A stretch of 64,000 bases of DNA from Eledone cirrhosa (Eukaryota). The position numbers and the translations under genes are program-made. The notes under the pieces are model-generated. The model did no database searches, was not told the DNA's origin, and saw only the letters and a list, made by a program, of their open reading frames with translations. Where the stretch lies: NCBI GenBank assembly GCA_964016885.1, contig OZ024763.1:10850001-10914000 (forward strand). The letters run 5' to 3'. Every line of letters starts with the position of its first letter. Position 1 is the stretch's first letter. Shown piece by piece: positions 39,266 to 52,243 of the stretch.

Positions 39266-39274
39266 TAGGGAGGA

Positions 39275-39640
39275 GACGTTCGAGGGTCACTCGTGGAAAC
39301 ACACGCTATAAAAATACGGGTGGCCTGATCTCTAGAGTAAGTGCCATGTCCCAGTTGTTGTTCTCCAATCTACAGGCTCACACTCAGAGCAGGCTCATTC
39401 ACTCGAGCCATGCTCACCTCTCTCACCCATAATAATAATTTATTAACCTCAATGGGTTCACATGAAAAAAACATTAAGGACAGTACGGGAGTGTGTGTGT
39501 AGTAATGGTCCAAGAGTCAGGGACGAGAGAGGGTATCCCTGATGGACTAAGCACATGATGCTGAATAACTCAGAAGATAGATGACCATTCACTCTGACTT
39601 CTGAGCAGATGTCCATGTAAATTGCAGTACTACTACCTCT
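39275..39640 (-). mobile_element. Tx1/L1-clade LINE fragments
   Basis: VRVNGHLS.ELFSI..VHQGYPLS resembles the RT motif RQGCPLSP; a probable ORF2 end lies at about 39370-39430. Confidence 0.6.
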
Positions 39641-39720
39641 AAAAACATTATATATGTATGTAGACATAAAAACAAGATGGAGTAGGACAGAACAAAGAAG
39701 AGACACAAAATAAGAAATCA

Positions 39721-39760
39721 GTCACTGAGGAGGTCACAGAATGTGTGACAAAAAAACAGA
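39721..39760 (+). ncRNA. Degenerate HHR (GTCACA-stem family)
   Basis: CTGAGGA-G-GTCACA gaatg TGTGAC-AAAA. Confidence 0.45.
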
Positions 39761-39987
39761 CAATATATAAACAACCAACCAGTTACTTATTGAACCAACC
39801 AACTGGAAATTTATAATAAATTGAAATGAAAACCAATAGGTGCATGTGTTTTTATTGGCAGCATGACCCTCCCAAAGTATAACAAGATATATATATATAT
39901 ATATATATATAAAGTTATTCCGGGTTGAATCGGGGGTAACCACAGTAAGTAAGGTACTCAATACATAGAGTATACATGTTTTAATAT

Positions 39988-40045
39988 GGAAAAGCTTCTA
40001 CAGGACTAGAACTGTTTCATTCGTGAGAAATAATCAGGAGCTTCC
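39988..40045 (-). ncRNA. HHR with a G8U core change
   Basis: GGAAGCTC-CTGATTA-TTTC tcac GAAT-GAAA-CAG ttctagtc CTG-TA-GAAGCTT. Confidence 0.6.
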
Positions 40046-40082
40046 TGGTAAATGAAATAATTATCTTATGTTGTTTATTACA

Positions 40083-40130
<48 letters not shown>

Positions 40131-40260
40131 TACCTATATATACATACACATACATACCTATATACATACATACACACATACCTATATACATACACACACA
40201 CATACCTATATATACATGCATACACATACATACATACCTATATACACATACATACACACA

Positions 40261-40355
40261 TAGTGGAACATCGGTACACAAACTTAATTTGTTCCTGAAG
40301 GCCATTTGTCATCCGAAATGTTTGTAAACCGAAACTATTTTTCCCATACGAAATG
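40261..40355 (+). mobile_element. Tigger/pogo-like terminal fragment
   Basis: agtggaacatcggtacacaaacttaatttgttcc...ttttcccatacgaaat. Confidence 0.5.
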
Positions 40356-40459
40356 TTTAGAGAGAAATACAGTGAGAGGAACTAGACTACCCAAGGAATA
40401 TTCAACTGATAATGTATGTTTTCTCCCTGGATATGTCAACATTTATAAAACACTCTTTG

Positions 40460-40523
40460 TATTTTATCTGATGAAAGCGTACCAAAGTTTTTTTGGTACC
40501 CTTGAAATATATATAATAGAATA
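40460..40523 (+). ncRNA. Type I minimal hammerhead ribozyme with intact core
   Basis: tattttat-CTGATGA-aagcgtaccaaag..ttttggtaccctt-GAAA-tatata-TA|atagaata. Stem I 8 bp, stem II about 12 bp, predicted cut after 40515. Confidence 0.75.
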
Positions 40524-40562
40524 AATATGGTTTTATAAATATAGTTTCCATTTATTTAATAT

Positions 40563-40635
<73 letters not shown>

Positions 40636-40989
40636 CACATATTTACAGAGAAAATGTCTGAAACATATGGTAAAACATGAAAACAAATAAAAAACCCATT
40701 AAACTTCCTTCCCCCTCCTCCCCCTCTCCAGTCTAATTATATTGGAATACTGTCTTTTGATGGAACACACACACACACACAACATACACACATACACTCA
40801 CAACATACACTCACAACACACACACACATACACACACAAACATACATACACACACATACCATACACACACACGTACAGCATACACACACAACAGATAACA
40901 CAAACACACACACAAAACACACACACACACAGTCACAGAAGAGACAGTAATCTATAACGAGACTCCATTAGCAGTCTCATATTAATTAG

Positions 40990-41690
40990 TTCATCACCAC
41001 CACCACCATTGTTATATCATCACCATCAACATCACTATCATTGTTCTAACCATCAACATCACTATCATTGTTCTAACCATCACCATCACTATCATTATCA
41101 TTGTTCTAACCATCACCATCACCATCACTATCATTATCATTGTTCTAACCATCACCATCACTATCATTGTTCTAACCATCAACATCACCACCACCACCAT
41201 TGTTATATCATCACCATCACCATCACTATCATTGTTCTAACCATCAACGTCACTATCATTGTTCTAACCATCAACATCACCGTCACTATCATTGTTCTAA
41301 CCATCAACATCACTGTCACTATCATTGTTCTAACCATCAACATCACCGTCACTATCATTGTTCTAACCATCACCATCACTATCATTGTTCTAACCATCAC
41401 CATCACTATCATTGTTCTAACCATCACTTTCACATCATAGTTCTAACCATCACCACCATCATCATTGTTCTAAACATCACCATCATTATTCTAACTATCA
41501 ACATCACCATATGGTTCTAACCATCACCACCATCATCATTGTTCTAAGCATCACCACCATCATTGTTCTAACCATCACCATCATTATTCTAACCATTATC
41601 AACTTCCTCATCACCATCACAGTTCTAACCATCAACACCAGTGTAATCATTGATTTAACCATTAACATCACCATCATAATCACCAGTAGT
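40990..41690. repeat. (CAT/CAC)-based minisatellite
   Basis: cactatcattgttctaaccatca units. Confidence 0.9.
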
Positions 41691-43384
41691 GGTTTTGATG
41701 GTGGTAGTATCTGGAAATTGAACATTTCACACATGGATGAAAAGACAACAATCTCTGGAATGTATAAAGACAATCTTTTGTTTTTCTGTGTAGAGAGGGA
41801 ATAGTGGTGAATATGTTTACAATTCATTGTTGTCACAGCAAGGCCTTTAAGTTATAAAGCTGTAGTTATATCTACGTTAAATTTATCAGCCCCTTAAACA
41901 TCAAACAAACTGGAACCAGCCAAGAACTCTTTGTTTTAAAGTGTTTATATTTATCTAAAAAGCCTCCCATCATAATTTTATCTCCAAATGATTGATTATT
42001 TTCAAAATGATTTGAAAACCATAGGCAGTGCCTTTCCTTAGAAATATGGTAAAGGAAATAAGTTGATCATCAGATTAGACTAAAGAAAGAATGTTTCCAT
42101 TGGTCTTTTCATTGCTGACACTGTCTATCGATTACAACTCATGGCAAAAGAAAGGAGCTGATCATCAGATCAGACCAAGGAAACAATGTTTCCATTGGTC
42201 TTTCCATTGCTGATACTATCAGTCACACCTCCTCGTAGAAGAAAGGAGCTGATCACCAGATCAGACCAAGGAAACAATGTTTCCATTGGTCTTTCCATTC
42301 CTGATACTATCCATCAGTCACAACTCTTGGAAGAAGAAAGGAGCTGTCTTTGGTCTTTCTATTGCTGATACTGTCCGTTGGTTATAATCGGCAGAAGGAA
42401 GCAGATTTTAAACCCAGAACACAAATCCAGATCAGACACTGACTCATTAACAGTTCCAATAATCCACTTGATTGATACTTAATTTATCAATCCCTCAAAA
42501 GGATGACAGGCAAAGTTGGCCTTGGCAGTATTTATACTCAGAGTGCAGTTAACCGAAAAAATAGCAAGGTCTTTAATCCGATGCCATAACAAATGTTAAT
42601 TCCCTGCATGTGCTAATGAACAGTTAAATCTTTCAACGTATTCTGTGATCTGGCATATTTTTTTATTTTTTATTATTTGATCATTTTAAAGGATTCTTAT
42701 TCAACTGCTCCAACTCTAAAACACTAGAGGTGACCTTCAGATATCACACATTTATATTGAGTTTGGGATGAATTTTATATTCATAAAAAATCATATCAGT
42801 TTCAAAATGATTTGTAAATTGTTTGCAAAATCATTTTTTAATATATCCAATGAAACCTGAATATGACCACGCCCATATAATGTATTCAACATATTTACAC
42901 CATTTAATTCTGGCATTACCACATTTTCAATGAAAGACACTGTCTTCTATGATTTTCAAATCCTTTTGAAAATAAATCAAGAATTTGGAATGATTTAGTA
43001 AAACTACTAATTTTCTCATTAAGTTGGTGTTTGGAACATAACTTAAAGGTTCTTATATAAAATTATGATGGAAGGTCTTTAGAAAAATATACACATTTTA
43101 AGACAGCTTTGTATCATGGAAGCAGGGGTGGATTCAGGTTTAAAGGTTAATGTTAAATTTGAAATGTTGATAAAAACTCATTAAAATATGAAAGATACTG
43201 TGAGATTTGAGTGAGTGAACAGCTACATATTGTGAAGACGTGTGGCCTAACAGGAGGTATACCATATAATTGTGGGAGTTGGTGTCAGGACACACATACA
43301 GTGTCTCAAACAAGCTAAACCAGCTTGGGAAAACACAGAAAAACTGATGATGATGATGATGGTGATGACTATGATGATAACCAA

Positions 43385-43550
43385 GTCACAGAACCCAGCT
43401 CAACCAGCCAGCCCACAAAGCCACCCACCAACCAACCAGCCAGCCCACCAACCAACCAACCAGCCAGCCCACCAACCAGCCAGCCAACCAACCGACCCAC
43501 CATCCAACTAACCAACCAACCAGCCAGCCAGAACCAACCAGCCCACCCAC
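43385..43550. repeat. (CCAA/CCAG)n
   Basis: Tetramer array. Confidence 0.9.
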
Positions 43551-43842
43551 GGTAGACAACAATGGTACCATAGCTGTGTGTAACATTAGAATACATTTTG
43601 AAATTGAAGAAATCTAAAGCTTTAAAGATTTTGATATCTGAGTAAGTCTTTGACAGTTTCTGATTCCATCTCATTCTTCAGTTACAATAATACTATACAG
43701 ATACTTTACACCACCAAGGTACTATATACCACCAAAGTACTATATATATATATATATATACCACCAAGGTACTATATATATATACTATATAACACCAAGG
43801 TACTATATATATATATATACTATCAAGATACTATATATATAT

Positions 43843-44073
43843 TTAACCCTTTAGTATTTACATTACTCTATATAAACTATTGTATTTTCACACAGTAAAG
43901 GCTTTACCTCACATAACTATCTCACATATTATCGAATCTATGAGATTTTGATATTATTTATTTTGAGAACAATACCTTAACTTCAGTATGAGCAGCCGGT
44001 AACAACTGGTTTGAACAGAAAGAGGTGAGAGAATTCTGGCTGGATACGGCTGGTTTAAATGCTAAAGGGTTAA
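43843..44073. mobile_element. piggyBac-like MITE family 1
   Basis: TTAACCCTTTAGTATTTA ... TAAATGCTAAAGGGTTAA. Confidence 0.85.
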
Positions 44074-44074
44074 A

Positions 44075-45140
44075 CTTCACAACATAGGTGTAGACATGGC
44101 TGTGTTGTTAAGGTGTTCACTACACAACATAGGTGTAGACATGGCTGTGTTGTTAAGGTGTTCACTTCACAACATAGGTGTAGACATGGCTGTGTTGTTA
44201 AGGTGTTCACTACACAACATAGGTGTAGACATGGCTGTGTTGTTAAGGTGTTCACTTCACAACATAGGTGAGACATGGCTGTGTTGTTAAGGTGTTCACT
44301 TCACAACATAGGTGTAGACATGGCTGTGTTGTTAAGGTGTTCACTTCACAACATAGGTGTAGACATGGCTGTGTTGTTAAGGTGTTCACTACACAACATA
44401 GGTGTAGACATGGCTGTGTTGTTAAGGTGTTCACTTCACAACATAGGTGTAGACATGGCTGTGTTGTTAAGGTGTTCACTTCACAACATAGGTGTAGACA
44501 TGGCTGTGTTAAGGTGTTCACTTCACAACATAGGTGTAGACATCGCTGTGTTGTTAAGGTGTTCACTTCACAGCATAGGTGTAGACATGGCTGTGTTGTT
44601 AAGGTGCTCACTTCACAACATAGGTGTAGACATGGCTGTGTTGTTAAGGTGTTCACTTCACAACATAGGTGTAGACATGGCTGTGTTGTTAAGGTGTTCA
44701 CTTCACAACATAGGTGTAGACATGGCTGTGTTGTTAAGGTGTTCACTTCACAACATAGGTGTAGACATGGCTGTGTTGTTAAGGTGTTCACTTCACAACA
44801 TAGGTGTAGACATGGCTGTGTTGTTAAGGTGTTCACTTCACAACATAGGTGTAGACATGGCTGTGTTGTTAAGGTGTTCACTTCACAACATAGGTGTAGA
44901 CATGGCTGTGTTGTTAAGGTGTTCACTTCACAACATAGGTGTAGACATGGCTGTGTTGTTAAGGTGTTCACTTCACAACATAGGTGTAGACATGGCTGTG
45001 TTGTTAAGGTGTTCACTTCACAACCAAGTGGTTCTGGTTTCAACCCCACTATGTGGCACATTGAGCAAGTGTCACCTACTACAGCCTCAAGTTAACCAAT
45101 GTCTTATCAGTGGAATTTGGTAGATGGAATCTACAGAACC
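44075..45140 (+). repeat. About 21 x 45-bp minisatellite built from the tRNA-like head of SINE family C; the SINE continues at 45025-45140
   Basis: Unit aggtgtagacatggctgtgttgttaaggtgttcacttcacaacat. Related single heads at 20383 and 52940. Confidence 0.85.
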
Positions 45141-45434
45141 ATATTATGTGTATATATATATATATGTATGTATATAGTGCATGTATGTGTGTGTGTGAAT
45201 GCGCCCCAACCCAAACCATATAAATGTTTCTGTATGTGCTTAAGTTACAGACAAACAGACATGCAGAAATTTCAATTAAGTTAAAAATAATAGAGATGAG
45301 CTGGGGCTTATAAGAGTGCTAGGGGATCTAACACCTTGTCCTTGTTATGGTGTGCGCGTGTGTGTGTATACACATATGGTGTAACCAGAGACAATGGCCA
45401 GTCTGATATAACCAACTGCTTTGATTCTTATTTG

Positions 45435-45531
<97 letters not shown>

Positions 45532-45801
45532 CATATACACATATATACACATACACACATATATACATACATGCAAACATATAGACACACATACAAATAT
45601 ACATGCATGCGCACAAACATATATATCATTTTACATCCATTTCTTCATGCATGTATGGGTTGGATATATATATATACACATATATACACATACACACATG
45701 TACATGCATGCAAACATATACACACACATACAAATATACATGCATGCGCACAAACATATATATCATTTTACATCCATTTCTTCATGCGTGTATGGGTTGG
45801 A

Positions 45802-45858
<57 letters not shown>

Positions 45859-46121
45859 CACACATACATTTACATACCATATGGGATTTACTGTTCAATG
45901 ATGCACTGTCTTAACTCCCAGCTGTTGTCAAATACAACACCGCCACATGTGTCTCATGTGACACCCTCCTCTCTTGGTGTATGTGTGGGTACACACATGG
46001 CTGTGTATGTGTAGGTACACACATGGCTGTGTATGTGTAGGTACACACATGGCTGTGTATGTGTGGGTACACACATGGCTGTGTATGTGTGGGTACACAC
46101 ATGGCTGGTTGTAAGTGTATA

Positions 46122-46164
<43 letters not shown>

Positions 46165-46177
46165 AGTTTATGTTGGT

Positions 46178-46231
<54 letters not shown>

Positions 46232-46236
46232 AAAAT

Positions 46237-46415
46237 GTTAGACCTCGACGGCAGAGCTCAAGCCGTTTCGATGGCTATTTCTAGAAATAGCCATCGAAAC
46301 GGCTTGAGCTCCGCCATCGGGGTTATACATTTACCTATTACCCACTCTACTAACCTAAGTATTGAGTACTTTGGTGCGTTATGGTCCAACTGGTTCCTTA
46401 CAACACCTCCTTCGT
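46237..46415. mobile_element. GC-rich hairpin element
   Basis: Loopless palindrome centred on tatttctagaaata; tail actctactaacctaagtattgagtact. Confidence 0.75.
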
Positions 46416-46429
46416 TATATATATATATA

Positions 46430-46573
46430 TGGGAAGGGCATCCAGCCGTAGAAAACCTGCCAGACAGTCCTATACGAGCAAGACATGGTCACCTGACCAA
46501 TCTTGCCTCAAGTGGGACAATTCCCGTCTAACCCATGCTAGCGTGGAAGATGGACGTTAAACGATGATGATGA

Positions 46574-46613
<40 letters not shown>

Positions 46614-46857
46614 TGTAGGTGTTACGAAAAAAAAAAACACAGTCCACGCTGTAATGTGGGCGTGTAGGTAACACGGTAAAAACCTCCCAGTTCCACACTG
46701 TAAATGTGGTTGGTGTTAGGAAGGGCATCCAGCCGTAGAAAACCCGCCAGACAGTCCTGAGCAAGACAACCAATCTTGCCTCCTCAAGTGGGACAATTCC
46801 TGTCCAGACCCATGCTAGCGTGGAAGATGGACGTTAAACGATGTTGATGATGATGAT
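46430..46857 (+). mobile_element. Two SINE-A 3' portions
   Basis: ggaagggcatccagccgtagaa...catgctagcgtggaagatggacgttaa(GAT)n. Confidence 0.8.
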
Positions 46858-46984
46858 ATATGGAAACAAATGGTGTAAAAAACTACATACAACCTAAAAG
46901 ACCTCATATCCTATGTTAATGAAAACAAGCCAAAACTATGAGATGATAAAAAAACAGTATATAATATTATACTTCAGTCTATTA

Positions 46985-47300
46985 TGCAACAGAATGGTGG
47001 CCTATTTTTTTATCGATGTTCCGGGTGGAACTGGTAAAATCTTCTTCATAAACCTATTGCTGTCAAAAATTCAACAAGACCAAAAAATAGCTTTAGCGGT
47101 TGCTTCATCTGGAAACTTTTACCAGGAGGTTGGACAGCTCATTCTGCTTTTAATTTGGACTTGGCTTCAGTTTGAATGAAATGTCCATGTGTCATATAAA
47201 GAAGGACTCATGAGCTGCCCAAATATTGAAAAGATGTGGAAATTTTGGGGAATGAATGTACAATAGCACATAAGCACACTTTGGAGCTTTATTAAACAAG
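46985..47300 (+). mobile_element. Helitron PIF1-like helicase relic (motifs I/Ia)
   Basis: FFIDVPGGTGKIFFINLLLSKIQQDQKIALAVASSG. Confidence 0.85.
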
Positions 47301-47397
47301 TGTTCCCCAATTTCAAAACCACCATTCCTCTACTAGTGTATATATATATATGTCAAACTTTCTTTCCTCTTTTCCATATAAAGTGTGAAACTAATAA

Positions 47398-47865
47398 TGT
47401 TTCCTTGAGCAAGACACTTTATTTCACATTGCTCCAGTTTACCCAGCTGCAGAAATGGGGACTGGGGTCCATATCATTCCACTGTAAAGTGGTCATGGAG
47501 GTGCCACAGCAAAAAAGCACCCAGCACTCACTGTAAATGAAGTTGGTGTTAGGAAGGGCATCCAGCTGTAGAAATCAATCCAGAATCAGTTCCCGTCCCA
47601 CCCTTGCAAGCAGGGAAAAGCGGACATAAAATGATGATGATGATATATATTTAAATAATTTTGAAAACCTTACAATGCATTAGAAAATTAAAAGTGCCAA
47701 GATAATAATTGTTTCTACTTTAGGCACAAGGTACTTTATTTTATAGACCCCGTAAGGATGAAAGGCAAAGTCAACCTCGGCGGGATTTGAACTCAGATCG
47801 TAAAGGGACGTAACTATGCTGGAAAGCATGGCGTCCGACCCTGTACTGATACTGCCAATCCACAA
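47398..47865. mobile_element. SINE-A (+, 47398-47643) and SINE-B (-, 47705-47865)
   Basis: Family blocks. Confidence 0.8.
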
Positions 47866-47905
47866 GATAATAATGGAACCTTACCGTAGCAAATTTAATA
47901 ATATA

Positions 47906-48245
47906 TACAGTGTACCCCTAACATTCGATATCCTGGTTATTTGCTAACTTTTCCTTAGAACCTAACTAATAATTATTTGTGGAAACCACTGCATATTCCT
48001 GGAATTATAAATATCTTCCGTGATTTTTTAATGGCTTTTTTTGTGGCGATATATTTTTTAATGCTAAATTACTAATAACAATATACCGTATTTGCCCGCC
48101 TATTGGACGCTCCTTCGCATAAGACCCTCCATTTTGTTTTAAAATTAAATTTTGTTATATTTTGACACTTATAGGCATTTTTACGGTCCATGTCCAATAT
48201 TCAAGGATGCTCTAGAAACATAACCCGAGGATACCAGGGGACAAC

Positions 48246-48248
<3 letters not shown>
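47906..48248. mobile_element. Tigger/pogo-like MITE
   Basis: TA-CAGTGTACCCC ... GGGGACAACTG; homolog at 63321-63996. Confidence 0.7.
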
Positions 48249-48301
<53 letters not shown>

Positions 48302-48367
48302 GATAGATAGATATACACACGCATATATATCTTCATTTATTTTTTATTACTAGTTATTGGGTAGTTC

Positions 48368-48410
48368 TTCAAAGTTCTTTCATCACACATTCTGTGACCT
48401 CTTCAATGAC
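48368..48410 (-). ncRNA. Degenerate HHR (GTCACA-stem family)
   Basis: GTCA-TTGAAGA-G-GTCACA gaatg TGTGAT-GAAA-GAAC-TT-TGA. Confidence 0.5.
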
Positions 48411-48689
48411 AATTTGTTCTCTTTTGTGTTTCCTATTCTTTCTGGTCTTAATCCGTTACTCTATGCTGTCTTTTTCATCTATACATATACCCCCTCCCCC
48501 ACACATCATGCCACCTTGTCTCAGAGCTGTGTTCCATGAACTTTAAATAAAACAATTTAGGATGTTTCTGACAGAGTGTAGTGTTTGTGTGACAGACATT
48601 AAAATAGGCTGTACAGTTATTATAATGCAGTTTGAACTGCAATCACAAAGCTTTCCTACAACCACCACCACCACCACCACCCTGCGGTG

Positions 48690-49440
48690 GTGGGATTCCA
48701 CTGCTGTCACATAGCTTCTCTACACCCCCACTGCAATGGTATGATGGTGGTGAGGTTCAACTGCAATCACATAGCTTCTCTACACCCCCACCACAGTGGT
48801 ATGATAGTGGTGAGGTTCAACTGCAATCACATAGCTTCTCTACACCCCCACCACAGTGGTATGATGGTGGTGAGGTTCAACTGCAATCACATAGCTTCTC
48901 TACACCCCCACCACAGTGGTATGATAGTGGTGAGGTTCAACTGCAATCACATAGCTTCTCTACACCCCCACCACAGTGGTATGATAGTGGTGAGGTTCAA
49001 CTGCAATCACATAGCTTCTCTACACCCCCACCACAGTGGTATGATGATGGTGAGGTTCAACTGCAATCACATAGCTTCTCTACACCCCCACCACAGTGGT
49101 ATGATGGTGGTGAGGTTCAACTGCAATCACATAGCTTCTCTACACCCCCACCACAGTGGTATGATGGTGGTGAGGTTCAACTGCAATCACATAGCTTCTC
49201 TACACCCCCACCACAGTGGTATGATGGTGGTGAGGTTCAACTGCAATCACATAGCTTCTCTACACCCCCACCACAGTGGTATGATAGTGGTGAGGTTCAA
49301 CTGCAATCACATAGCTTCTCTACACCCCCACCACAGTGGTATGATGGTGGTGAGGTTCAACTGCAATCACATAGCTTCTCTACACCCCCACCACAGTGGT
49401 ATGATGGTGAGGTTCAACTGCAATCATAGCTTCTCTACAC
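48690..49440. repeat. 60-bp minisatellite, about 12 copies
   Basis: Near-identical consecutive 60-nt lines. Confidence 0.95.
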
Positions 49441-49949
49441 CCACAACCCCCACCATCACTACCGCCCCAGAACCACTCTCCTACTGGTATGATGGTGGTG
49501 GCAGAGGTGACATTTTGATACTGTGAATGGAAGAAGAAACATCTCTTTGATGTGACAAACAGATTAAGATTAACTCTGAAGAAACTCTTTTGAACACCTT
49601 TGCAACCTACACAAACACCTACCAATGAACAGAGATTTACCCAAGACTGGCTCACTTGGTTACTGTTGTCATGGCAACAGTACTAATTTTAGAGAGAAAT
49701 ATCTATTTTGCCCGATAAATAGATTTATCAATAGGTTTCTGTATCTGATAATTTGATATGATAAATATATTTATTGTCACATTGAAGTTTACAATATGGC
49801 GTGACATATATTTATTGATACACTAATGTATATCTATATAATGTGATTTAATAAACAGATTTAGTCATACATATATATGGAAAAAATGAAATAAAATTTA
49901 AAGCTGACACCTATGCAGGTTTAGCTGGCCTATTATATATACATATATA

Positions 49950-51160
49950 CTAGCAGCCTTCGCCCCGGTCTGTACTATGCTCAAATCTATTCATAAGACA
50001 CTTATCTGTCGTAATGTCCGTTTTCCTTAGAATAAAAAATGTTAAAAGGTATTTAACTATTGCATAACATAATTTAAAAAATCTATTTAGAATATCTAAG
50101 TACAGAAAGTAATAAAGAAAATAACAGAAAAATGTATTCTATGAAAATTCTAAAATATTTACAGAACTTCAGTATATACAATCATCATCATCATCATCAT
50201 CATCATTTCATTTTACGTCCGCTTTTCCCTGCTTGCAAGGGTGGGACGGGAACTGATTCTGGCTTGATTTCTACAGCTGGATGCCCTTCCTAACACCAAC
50301 CTCATTTACAGTGAGTGCTGGGTGTTTTTTTGCCGTGGCACCTCCATGACCACTTTGCAGTGGAATGATAGGGACCCCCACTCCCTATCATCTCATTTCT
50401 ACAGCTGAGTAAACTGGAGCAATGTGAAATAAAGTGCCTTGCTCAAGGAAACAACACACCACTCGGTCTGAGAATTGAACTCACAACCTTTCGATTGCAA
50501 GCCCAATGCTCTAACCACTAAGCCATGTGCCTCCATGTTTTTAACAATTTTCTTTGGGGCATATATGAAGAGTTTGTGGGGTCTTCCTAGTCAGGAATAA
50601 CCTACATACAATGGACCATGTGAGGAACAGCCGTCTTCTAGATGGAGACCAACAGCCTGCAGTGTTTCACCTTGGGACTTGTTAATGGTCATTGTGTAAC
50701 TAACTCTCACTGGGAATTGCAATCATTTGAAATGAAAGTGGACATCTGTTGGTATTATTGGTATGCTAGTTATAAATGTGATATCTCCTTTACCACATCC
50801 AGTGTGAATTTTGGCTTCAATAATGTGAGGCTGTGGTTCAGTCACAACCATATGTGTCCCATTGTACAATCTTGGCTGATCCAGCTTTCTGAGAAGCATG
50901 GTGAATGTGCCCTTCTTTAATTCAAGATTGTGCGGTAGCATACCGAACAGTTCCAGATTCTTGAGAATTTCAACAGGATAATGAACAGCATCGTCCTCGC
51001 TAGGGATCATTTGTGAGAGATTTTGTAGATGGCCTTCATTGTGATCTTTTGGGGGCAAGGATTGCTCTTTCACACAGCCACTCCTCATTGGAATGGTGGA
51101 TTTGGAAATTGGGGGATAGTTAAGCTTACAACGCTTTCCACAACAGTACAAAATGATGAA
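49950..51160 (-). mobile_element. Helitron helicase C-terminus and 3' end, with a full SINE-A inserted at 50181-50535
   Basis: YPVE..MLPHNLELKKG..LLRKLDQPRLYNGT..QFPVRVSYTMTINKSQGETL..IVYTEVL then stop; terminal CTAG|T at 49950-49953. Confidence 0.85.
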
Positions 51161-51413
51161 GGATCAAAACATCCTTCAGTATCAAGGTATTGATTTTCTA
51201 TAAATTTAAAAGGCTGAGAGATGCTTATCTGTAATTTCGAGTGCCCCCCTCCCTTCCTGCCTCTGTATTGGCACTGAAGAAATCCGAAGGTCTGCCCCTT
51301 GCCCCACCATTCTGTTTTCGGAAAAGAAGGCGATTGCAAGCATATTGGAAGTAGGATTAGTTGAAAACTAGCACAAAAAAAACCCTGGGTAAAAAATATC
51401 CTTTATGATCCCC

Positions 51414-51448
<35 letters not shown>

Positions 51449-51449
<1 letters not shown>

Positions 51450-52085
51450 GTCGCCACTTCTCTCTCTCGTGAACAGCTTGACTCCTTTTTTTTGTCCAGT
51501 CTTTTCATCCTGCCCTCACCTTCACCACTGTCTCCAACTCTTCTATCTAATTTCTTGACATCTCTGTCTATTGACCACACTCTCTACTTCCATCTTCTAT
51601 AAGCCCACTGATTCCCACTCTACCTCGACTTCAACTCCTCCCATCCAGCCCACACCAAACTCTACATACCCTACTCCCAATTCCTCCGTCTTCGTCGGCT
51701 CTGTAGCCAGGACCACGATTTTGAAACCAAGTCCCTTCACATGGCTTCCCACTTCATCCAGCATCGATATCTCCCCTGATCAAAGCTGCCCTCACCTGCG
51801 TCCGTGAAACTGACTGTATCACAGCCCTCTTAGCCCACCACTGCCCTCCCAACACCTGCCTTCCTTCCCCCGTCACCCTACCTCTCCAGTGACATATTCT
51901 ACTTTGCTTCCGCACCCTCTCTTCTGACCCCATACTTCTCATTTTTTTTCCAAGCCCACCTATCACCGCCTTTAAGCTCACCCATAATCTCCGCAACCTC
52001 CTGATAAGTACTTCCTTCCCATCCTCTTCAAGGACTCCACCCGGCTCTCATCCCTCTTCCCGTCCTCACTGTACCATTTATCCCT
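51449..52085 (+). mobile_element. Penelope-like RT thumb/linker relic
   Basis: NFLDI..SIFYKPTDSHS-YLDFNSSHPAHTK..IPYSQFLRLRRLCS. Confidence 0.85.
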
Positions 52086-52243
52086 TCATACAAGAACAGT
52101 AATGACCCTGCGATGGCGAAACTCCAGAATAACAAAACTCACTATTCAGTTTTAATAAAACGGATATTAAAACTCTACTTCGGTATTGAGTATTCCTTTC
52201 TCTCAACCACATACGTATATATATAATAAAGGAAGTGTGGGTA

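Noticed and set aside
37161-49526. Repeat ORFs at 37161, 44252-45123 and 48632-49526 (also 11843 and 29402-30822)
   Set aside because: Minisatellite or microsatellite units with no domain similarity.
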